From the NCBI RefSeq assembly GCF_000018105.1, contig NC_009930.1:90001-122000 (forward strand): DNA of 32,000 nt, read 5' to 3'. This stretch comes from Acaryochloris marina MBIC11017. Its GTDB lineage: Bacteria > Cyanobacteriota > Cyanobacteriia > Thermosynechococcales > Thermosynechococcaceae. Below, piece by piece: positions 25,504 to 32,000 of this stretch. The notes beneath the pieces are model-generated. The model ran no database searches. It saw only the letters and a program-made list of their open reading frames with translations, and was not told where the DNA came from. Each line of letters begins with the position of its first letter. Positions within the stretch are counted from its first letter, which is position 1. Made by a program: the position numbers and the translations under genes.

Positions 25504-25905
25504 CTATTCAGCTTTTTCTTGAATAGAGATAACCCTGTACATAGCACTTAGGGGTGATGATACAAGAGTTGCACAAATGGCAACCACCCAAGGGTTAATT
25601 AGGACTGCTGGCCTAATCACAATTGCGGTCAGGACATAGCCCCAACCAACTACGCTTGCTGTCCACGAGAGCCAGGTGATCCATCGAATCAGATGGCGTA
25701 CTATAGTTGCCTTTCTGAGTCTGATTACGACCTTTCGTTGGACTTGCGCGTATAACATGAAAGCAAAACTTAGAAAGGCGAGAGCCCCCAACGCGAAAGC
25801 TACTTCATTGGAGCCCAAGCTATATCTTGGCATTGAGTCGTCTCCGCTAGACAAATAAAGCAGACTTTTGATAGCTATTGTTAGCCACACGGACCAAAAT
25901 GGCAA
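25504..25905 (-). CDS. small integral membrane protein
   Basis: Three hydrophobic segments (AFALGALAFLSFAFMLYA, ITWLSWTASVVGWGYVLTAIVI, PWVVAICATLVSSPL). The first codon is TTG, and ATG at 25833 (MPRYSLG) is an alternative start. Confidence 0.5.
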   Translation of the reverse strand: MPFWSVWLTIAIKSLLYLSSGDDSMPRYSLGSNEVAFALGALAFLSFAFMLYAQVQRKVVIRLRKATIVRHLIRWITWLSWTASVVGWGYVLTAIVIRPAVLINPWVVAICATLVSSPLSAMYRVISIQEKAE

Positions 25906-26037
25906 AGAGTATCACCGCTAGTTTGAACAGCACGACTCTTGAAATTGTCTTGTTTAGCTTGCTCACCTCATCTAGGGAATCTTAAAAGGTAGAAATCAAG
26001 ATTACACCTTCTGGCAGTTAAGGGAGATGCCTGAAAG

Positions 26038-26421
26038 GTGGTTTTTGACCATCACACTCTACCTCACCCGATAATTTTAATGGACGCAGATTTTGACTTA
26101 GACTCCCTATATCAGCAGCTTCAGGATGAAGATGTCATTGAGTTAACCATCCTTGACGGAGACTTGGCTCCCGGTCAAACAGCCGAAATTACCGTTGCCA
26201 GTAAGTGGCTGACCAGATATCACCTTTATCTATTTTTTGAGCATCACTCACAGAGCTTCGACTTGGCAGGGGTCAAAGAGGGAGCCAGTAAGACAAAGGT
26301 GAATTTAATCATTGACCACATGGATGCCATCAGCTCGGAGAAAGCTTATATCTTTACCTATGGCAGTGAAACGTCTTGGAGTATTCAACTGGTGCAGTGG
26401 AAGAAACTCACTAGGGCTTAA
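26038..26421 (+). CDS. hypothetical protein
   Basis: 127-aa ORF with a GTG start; an alternative ATG gives MDADFDLD. No motif recognised. Confidence 0.4.
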   Translation: MVFDHHTLPHPIILMDADFDLDSLYQQLQDEDVIELTILDGDLAPGQTAEITVASKWLTRYHLYLFFEHHSQSFDLAGVKEGASKTKVNLIIDHMDAISSEKAYIFTYGSETSWSIQLVQWKKLTRA

Positions 26422-26493
26422 GACTTTGAGTAGAAGTTGAGTGTTGGTAAACCCCGAATCAATACACTTGGACAAGACAAGTGAGATTCAACC

Positions 26494-26907
26494 ATGACTC
26501 AGATTCCATCCCTGACTCACCAACAGCTAGAGCTGCTGAGAATAGCCAAGAAGAATACTGTGGGAGAACTACGGCTTTCCTATGAGTATCCAGTGCTCGA
26601 TGACAATGAACCTCAGATCGGCCATCCACCGTTCATCCAAGAATTGATTGATCACCATTTCATCCATGTGCAAGTCAAAGAAACTTCTCTACGTGCTTCA
26701 GAGTTTCAGCAAGAAAATTGGATAGAGCACTGTGATGGGATTGACTATCCCCACCAAGCCGATTGGGACCGATGGCGGCAGGGATTCATCACCCAATTAA
26801 GTGAAGAGATTGAGAGCCTGATGATTCCAGGGAAAAATCTAGGACAATTCACGCAGGTGTGGATCCGTGAGATTAGCGTTCGAGCAGTTCAGCCTAGTAG
26901 TTTGTGA
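26494..26907 (+). CDS. hypothetical protein, paralogue of the partial ORF at 31829-32000
   Basis: 137-aa ORF. The first 57 aa are ~70% identical to the ORF at the window end. Positions 26620-26663 match 31955-31998 at 43 of 44 nt. Confidence 0.55.
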   Translation: MTQIPSLTHQQLELLRIAKKNTVGELRLSYEYPVLDDNEPQIGHPPFIQELIDHHFIHVQVKETSLRASEFQQENWIEHCDGIDYPHQADWDRWRQGFITQLSEEIESLMIPGKNLGQFTQVWIREISVRAVQPSSL

Positions 26908-27138
26908 GTTGGGGTTGTTGCTGAAAGTGCACTGCACCTAGTGAAGAATGGGTCTTCGATGGCCAAAGGTCGGTCGGAGACCTTCGTACAGGCAATCCGA
27001 TATTAAACCATTGAAACTTGGCTAGATAGAAACGACCAAAAGTTAAGGTTTTAGAGATGCTGCTATGGTTGGAGACTTTGGTTGATGAAAAACACGAAAC
27101 TCCTTTACTTAACTGGTGGCTACATTCGAGGACATCAG

Positions 27139-27402
27139 TTATCGATGGAGATGACGAACAATCGCTCCAAGTTGGTGCATTTTAGGGTTAATTTCTGTGG
27201 GAACCCCATGCGGAAGTTGCTCGCTAGTTTCAGAGTGACAGGCTTGCCAAGCCTTATACATCCCATTAACTGCAACATCTAAGGGAACTTGCCCAAGGGT
27301 CTCATGGTGGTGATGCTTAAGACTGATTACTAATTGATTACGCAACTTATGTTTCTCTTTAAATTTATCTTTTAGTAGAGGATTTCTATTGATATCTGCC
27401 AT
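27139..27402 (-). CDS. hypothetical small His-rich protein
   Basis: The start is trimmed to MADINRNPLL. The ORF is AT-rich and isolated, so support is weak. Confidence 0.3.
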   Translation of the reverse strand: MADINRNPLLKDKFKEKHKLRNQLVISLKHHHHETLGQVPLDVAVNGMYKAWQACHSETSEQLPHGVPTEINPKMHQLGAIVRHLHR

Positions 27403-27667
27403 GAATGCCCTCCTCACACATTTCACTTGATGGCGATAGATTATCAAAGACTTTTATTCAATGAAAGTATCGACAACGCCAAATCATGAAGTATAAGAAT
27501 ATCTTCAGGATCTGCTAGAATCATAAATTCAGATAATTATCTTCAAATGAATAATATTGATTCAAACCTGGCTGGACCTGTCCATGGGTTGTTGATTGAC
27601 ATTTGCGATGTTCAAGTCAACCGTGTGGAATACTTGGTTATAGAGATGGCGAAGTAACTGGGAGGAT

Positions 27668-27916
27668 ATGACTATGCCCAGTAATACTGAATCGATCAAA
27701 GGCATAGCCTTAACTGAAAAACCCGCTAGCATTTCAAGGTGTGGTATGTCTTATGCGAAGTTTGCCCAACATCGAGCCTCCAAAAGGTGGTACCAACTTT
27801 CTAGCCAGGGGAAAAACCTTGGTTCACCTATCGAATTTGATTTTTATAAGCAAGATTCCCCAAACCGTCCAAATAGACGCACAAGTGTTGAGACTAGAGA
27901 ATTAACAGGCGTTTAG
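27668..27916 (+). CDS. hypothetical small protein
   Basis: 82-aa ORF preceded by GGGAGGAT. No motif recognised. Confidence 0.3.
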   Translation: MTMPSNTESIKGIALTEKPASISRCGMSYAKFAQHRASKRWYQLSSQGKNLGSPIEFDFYKQDSPNRPNRRTSVETRELTGV

Positions 27917-28090
27917 AGTATTTTTCATAATAGTCAATATTTCCTGATTAATGCATTAAATTCCTAGATAAAGCTCCAGTATCTGACTATACACTTAGTA
28001 TTTTACTGGCATTATCTATTGGTATCAAAGAATAGCAATATGCCATGATTAACCCATTCAGGTGATATTTCATGAGGAAAATATTAACTT

Positions 28091-28483
28091 ATGCCTAGGA
28101 AGAGAAAACAGTCTAAACCCATAACAGGTAAAGATTTGGTTGCAAAAGTAAAACAATTGGGTGATTTGACCCGTGAAGAGAAGGCAAAAGCTTGTGGTTA
28201 TTATTCGACGGATAAAGATGGCTCGGAACGGATCAAGCTCATGGCGTTCCTGAATGCGCTGTTGGATGCAGAAGGGATTAACTTAGATAGTCACTCCTCC
28301 AGTGGCAATGGTAATGGCAGAGGAGGGCGAAAAGCGAGCTATCGGGTCAGCGTACAATCCAATGGAAATTTGCTGTTGGGGAGCGCCTATACCAAAGAAC
28401 TGGATGTTAAGCCTGGGGATGAGTTTGAAATCTCTTTAGGTCGGAAGCATATTCATTTGAACAAGGTTGCCGAACCCAGTTGA
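28091..28483 (+). CDS. cyanobacterial AbrB-like (cyAbrB) transcriptional regulator
   Basis: The SpoVT/AbrB fold is at the C-terminus (NGNLLLGSAYTKELDVKPGDEFEISLGRKHIHL). The N-terminal KDLVAKVKQLGDLTREEKAKACGYY segment completes the architecture typical of cyAbrB (CalA/CalB-type) proteins. Confidence 0.8.
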   Translation: MPRKRKQSKPITGKDLVAKVKQLGDLTREEKAKACGYYSTDKDGSERIKLMAFLNALLDAEGINLDSHSSSGNGNGRGGRKASYRVSVQSNGNLLLGSAYTKELDVKPGDEFEISLGRKHIHLNKVAEPS

Positions 28484-28724
28484 GGGAAAAGCACTGGTCT
28501 CTTAGCAGGATCAAATAAGGTCAAAACCATTTAGTGATATCGGCTTCTGGGTGGTTGATGAGAAAAGATTCAAATGCCTATTAAATAAGGGCAACGGAAC
28601 TATAGATCCTCTTAAGAGATCAGCGCTGCAGAATATGCTCCATACTTTAAGAAATACGAATAAGCTATTCCATTTCTCCGGTAGGTGGGGTATTCCTCTA
28701 GCAAAGGTGTTTGGGGATTTAAAT

Positions 28725-29531
28725 ATGGCGACTCAGAACGACAGCGTTCAAGCCTATTTGAAGGAGATGGGCCGTTACCCACTCCTCTCCCATGAAGAAG
28801 AAATCAGACTGGCTCGACAGGTTAAAGCTGGTGATCTCAAAGCCAAACAACGGATGATTGAGTGTAATCTGCGCCTGGTGGTTTCCATTGCCAAGAAGCA
28901 TCAGCATCTCGGTTTACCCCTAATGGACCTAATCCAAGAGGGGAGTATTGGCCTCAATACCGCCGTTGACAAGTTTGACTTAGCTCAAGGCTGTAAGTTC
29001 AGCACCTATGCCTATTGGTGGATTTCAGAGGCGATTAAGCGGGCGTTGAAATCCCAGTCCCGCACGATCTATATCCCTATTCATCAATGGGAACGCGCCC
29101 ACAGGATCAAGAAGGCTGTTCGCCAATTAACGCAAGAGAAAGGGCGTACTCCCACCCTCAAAGAACTCTCAGCAGCGACTGGCATAAAGTCTTCACTGAT
29201 TCGGAATACCCTGCAATCATTCCAAGCGATTTCTTCCCTCGATCAGCCCGTGGGTCCTGAACAGAAGGATGCTCTTATTGATTTAATCCAAACAGAAGAC
29301 GCTGCTCTCTCGATCATGGATGGGCTAGAAATTGAAGATGCTCTAACCCGATGCATGGCCTACTTAACTGAGCGGGAGAGATTCATCGTTGATCAGCGGT
29401 ATGGATTAACGGATGGTCAGCCCAAGTCAATGGGAGCCATTGGCAAACCAATTGGCATTAGCCGAGAGCGAGTCAGGCAAATCCTCAATATCGCCATGAA
29501 GAAGATGACTAGGCAAGTTCGTTCTGCTTAG
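28725..29531 (+). CDS. sigma-70 family RNA polymerase sigma factor (regions 2-4, short group 2/3-like)
   Basis: The start is trimmed to [30 protein letters not shown]. Region 2 reads [18 protein letters not shown]...[17 protein letters not shown]. Region 4.2 reads [23 protein letters not shown]. Confidence 0.9.
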   Translation: MATQNDSVQAYLKEMGRYPLLSHEEEIRLARQVKAGDLKAKQRMIECNLRLVVSIAKKHQHLGLPLMDLIQEGSIGLNTAVDKFDLAQGCKFSTYAYWWISEAIKRALKSQSRTIYIPIHQWERAHRIKKAVRQLTQEKGRTPTLKELSAATGIKSSLIRNTLQSFQAISSLDQPVGPEQKDALIDLIQTEDAALSIMDGLEIEDALTRCMAYLTERERFIVDQRYGLTDGQPKSMGAIGKPIGISRERVRQILNIAMKKMTRQVRSA

Positions 29532-29721
29532 GAAAATTTTTACATAACAGGATGAGTTCAACAGTAGGAGAATTCATGATCGAAAATATTAACAATTTAC
29601 TCAAATTTCAGCGTTCCTACTGAGTGATTTAGTATCATTTTTGCCCACTCTAGACTTATATAAAGTCATCAATCTTGGATGATAAACCTCATTTTTGAGG
29701 TGCAAGTCGCTTAGTCTAACC

Positions 29722-30075
29722 ATGATCGCAGATAATATCACCGATTATTATTTAGAACATTCTCAGCCCACACTAACGGCCTCAAACACGGTGTCGCTTA
29801 ATGTGCCAATCATTGAATCATGGCGTTGCTACGATATCAGCAATAATGTGATTATTCGTGGACAAATCTTTAACCACTCCAAGTACCCCGCAGGGAAATC
29901 GCTTAAATCTTCCCCTATTCAAGGATGCTTGACTAAAGCAGGTCGGGTGTATGTGACCACGAAGAATTCCATGTATGAACTGGGCATTCCCCATCCTGAT
30001 TTTGCAGGGGATGCTCAACTATGGATGGATGGAACAGACCATCAGCAATGGGCCAAGCTTACTTTCTGTGGGTGA
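29722..30075 (+). CDS. hypothetical protein
   Basis: The start is trimmed to MIADNITDYY. 117 aa. No motif recognised. Confidence 0.4.
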   Translation: MIADNITDYYLEHSQPTLTASNTVSLNVPIIESWRCYDISNNVIIRGQIFNHSKYPAGKSLKSSPIQGCLTKAGRVYVTTKNSMYELGIPHPDFAGDAQLWMDGTDHQQWAKLTFCG

Positions 30076-30173
30076 TCCAGCCATGGTGGCTATTATTTAA
30101 TTTGCTCACTAAATCGTTTTCTAGGCCTGATTGGCCTATTTCTCAACTAAAGTGAGCTATTGAACTGCCAAGT

Positions 30174-30761
30174 TTATCGCGTAAAAATAACTTGGGCTAA
30201 CTTCAAGGTGAATGCATTGCTTGCTTTAGGATCATGAATGTAGCTAGCTAAAGCTTCAATCAGTTTCTCAGGTTTATTCTGCTCAATTTGAGTTAGAGCA
30301 TCTTCGATAAGAATTTCAGCCATTGGACCAATATGAACGGCTAACTCTGCTTTACATTGTTCGATAAATTCACTGTCAATGAGCGTAGGAGAGGCCTGAT
30401 CAGCTTCGAGCTTTTCACTATACTTGGAATCCTTTGATTTTATTCCTTGCTCTGATGGTTTGGCTGAAGTTGGGGATAACTTCTCATCGGGAGGTGAAGA
30501 ATCCTTAGCGTAGACTTTATGAGAAGGCGCAGCATCTTTGGGAATGAAGCGTCGCCAAGCCATGAAATAAGTTGGAAATTCAACCAGGATATATTGACGC
30601 CCTTGTGTCCGTGCATCTTTACAAAACTCGATAGCTGCCTGGCGTAACGATTTTCTGAATGATGGTCCAGGCTTAAACCATTTTCCTTGGATAGTAAGGG
30701 AGGAAGACTGATCATGCAGCAAACCTTTTGCTTCTAAATCCACTGATTGGATAATGGACAC
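30174..30761 (-). CDS. hypothetical protein
   Basis: 195-aa ORF with a low-complexity Ser/Pro/Lys linker. The C-terminal FIEQCKAELAVHIGPMAEILIEDAL resembles a helical module I recall at the C-termini of cyanobacterial signalling proteins. This is unverified. Confidence 0.45.
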   Translation of the reverse strand: MSIIQSVDLEAKGLLHDQSSSLTIQGKWFKPGPSFRKSLRQAAIEFCKDARTQGRQYILVEFPTYFMAWRRFIPKDAAPSHKVYAKDSSPPDEKLSPTSAKPSEQGIKSKDSKYSEKLEADQASPTLIDSEFIEQCKAELAVHIGPMAEILIEDALTQIEQNKPEKLIEALASYIHDPKASNAFTLKLAQVIFTR

Positions 30762-31075
30762 CCTATTCCCCCTGACCTATATCTTTTCCTATTCAAGATC
30801 AAAGACTTGCTCAACTTTAGTATTCCCTTCATTCGAGGCTAACCAAAGCTTTGGCATTTTACTTGCATTATCATTAATCGGTATTTCAGAGCTTTTAATT
30901 TGTGATGATTAAGATAGCTATTCAGGTGGAAAGATAGCGTGGCAAGCATACTTTACCTGCATCTGAACCATTCGCATCTACAAAAGTCCCTAGGTCGAAC
31001 GACTTAGGCATTGCGTCAAACCGTACACTTAAACCTCAGTTTTTTTAGGGTGGGTTATTCTAACTGGTACCTTCT

Positions 31076-31333
31076 ATGAAAAGTAAAAAAGGGTATAGAA
31101 AAATGTTCGATTTCGAGGTACAAAGAGAAAAGCTAGAGCATTTGTACTATTCATCACCAAGCTTTCTATCCGACGAAATGATTGAAGCTGAAATAGGGTA
31201 CATCCCCTCAGAAGTCATTGAGGAGGGGGATGATCTCGACCCCCGAAACAACATTGAATCGTCTCCAACGGTCCTTGACCTGATCGGTGAAGCCGTTGAG
31301 CTATGGGTGCTTAAGCGAGGTGGGGATGACTGA
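31076..31333 (+). CDS. hypothetical acidic small protein
   Basis: 85-aa ORF. No motif recognised. Confidence 0.35.
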   Translation: MKSKKGYRKMFDFEVQREKLEHLYYSSPSFLSDEMIEAEIGYIPSEVIEEGDDLDPRNNIESSPTVLDLIGEAVELWVLKRGGDD

Positions 31334-31496
31334 GCTTCGCGAGTTTTCCTTCCTCGTCTTGCACACCAGCGGCGAAGAGACCGTTCAGACAGTCGTGAGT
31401 ACTAGTAAGGATCTCGCCGAAAGTGCGCTGCATCGCTGGATCACAGATATCAAATCTCTGCAACCTATGACTTCCGGGGATGAGGAACAGCATTGA
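31326..31496 (+). CDS. hypothetical small protein
   Basis: The start is trimmed to MTELREFSFLV. The ATG overlaps the 3' end of the preceding ORF by 8 nt, which suggests coupling. Confidence 0.3.
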   Translation: MTELREFSFLVLHTSGEETVQTVVSTSKDLAESALHRWITDIKSLQPMTSGDEEQH

Positions 31497-31828
31497 CCAG
31501 CATTGACTCAAATTAACTGGACCGTATTGAAGTACTGGTATATCCCAATTGCTCAGATCATCCAGTCTACCGCCCGATCCATTGAGACGATGAGGACACA
31601 ATTTAAGGAAACCAAAAGACTTGCTGATAGAGTATTTCAGCGTATGGACTCTCTAACCCAGTAGCTAACGGTCAGTATGAATAGTCGCAACGAGGATCGT
31701 GATTTACTCCGAGCAATCAAGGCTGGTATCGATAAGTTGCTGAGACGTTCTGAGTAAACATCTATCAATTCACAGATATATATTTAACGCTGGTTCAATA
31801 TACATGAACTGGGCGATGGAGATAACCT

Positions 31829-32000
31829 ATGGCCGATATCCCATCTCTTTCTCTCCCACAACTAGAACTCCTCAGACTTGCTAAAAAACATTCTGTGGAA
31901 GAACTTCGGCTTATCTATGAGTTCCCAGTGCTGGATGATAATGAACTTTCAAGCGGCCATCCACCGTTTATCCAAGAATTGATTGATCACCATTTCATTC
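31829..32000 (+). CDS. hypothetical protein, paralogue of 26494-26907 (partial; continues beyond window end)
   Basis: My own translation from ATG 31829 gives MADIPSLSLPQLELLRLAKKHSVEELRLIYEFPVLDDNELSSGHPPFIQELIDHHFI. It is absent from the track because it has no stop in the window. Confidence 0.5.
   Translation, partial: MADIPSLSLPQLELLRLAKKHSVEELRLIYEFPVLDDNELSSGHPPFIQELIDHHFI

Noticed and set aside
29561-29700. Inverted repeat CAGTAGGA...TCCTACTG with an embedded 15-codon ORF, and hairpin ACCTCAttttTGAGGT after the sigma-factor gene
   Set aside because: The stems are short (6-8 bp), there is no downstream U-tract on the relevant strand, and the mini-ORF has no support. It could be a weak terminator for the sigma gene, but I cannot substantiate that.
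1-32000. Search for CRISPR arrays, tRNA/rRNA genes, reverse transcriptase/retron or DGR signatures, and integrase/att repeats
   Set aside because: I saw no regularly spaced direct repeats, no tRNA-like T-arm/acceptor patterns, no RT (YxDD) ORF and no tyrosine or serine recombinase ORF on either strand. A visual scan cannot exclude small ncRNAs.

Overview
The DNA looks cyanobacterial. It has three HIP1 octamers (GCGATCGC at 12071, 14007, 22953), a cyAbrB-type regulator and gene families typical of cyanobacteria. I cannot assign a species.

Positions 1 to ~14.1 kb look core-like:
- a Tat-signal neutral-ceramidase homologue, partial at the window edge
- an IS graveyard: an IS256-family remnant, a 30-bp perfect inverted repeat, and an intact IS630-family element with TA duplication that splits a bleomycin-resistance/VOC-type gene
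- a YcaQ-type (Q-I-D motif) DNA glycosylase
- recA with a sigma70-like promoter and a LexA-box-like palindrome
- an RNB exoribonuclease with a dsRBD-like tail
- a nuclease-rich cluster: GIY-YIG, YegP, SNase-like lipoprotein and a Cas4-like PD-(D/E)XK nuclease

From ~14.1 kb to the end the content looks like a mobile element or plasmid:
- about 13 tightly packed, partly overlapping minus-strand small ORFs, including an HNH nuclease, a DUF6876-like protein and Cys-rich proteins
- a palindrome-dense divergent control region with an RHH gene
- a three-gene module: helical DUF3150-like protein, RavA/MoxR-type AAA+ ATPase and ViaA-like VWA protein
- an AT-rich patchwork carrying an extra cyAbrB plus sigma-70 factor pair and a duplicated ORF family

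I recognised no rRNA, tRNA, CRISPR array, integrase or reverse transcriptase.

The best candidate for an uncharacterised system is the 21366-25386 ATPase/VWA trio. The second is the 14.1-20 kb ORFan operon, which resembles a leading or early region. All family assignments come from motif recognition by eye and need HMM or BLAST confirmation.
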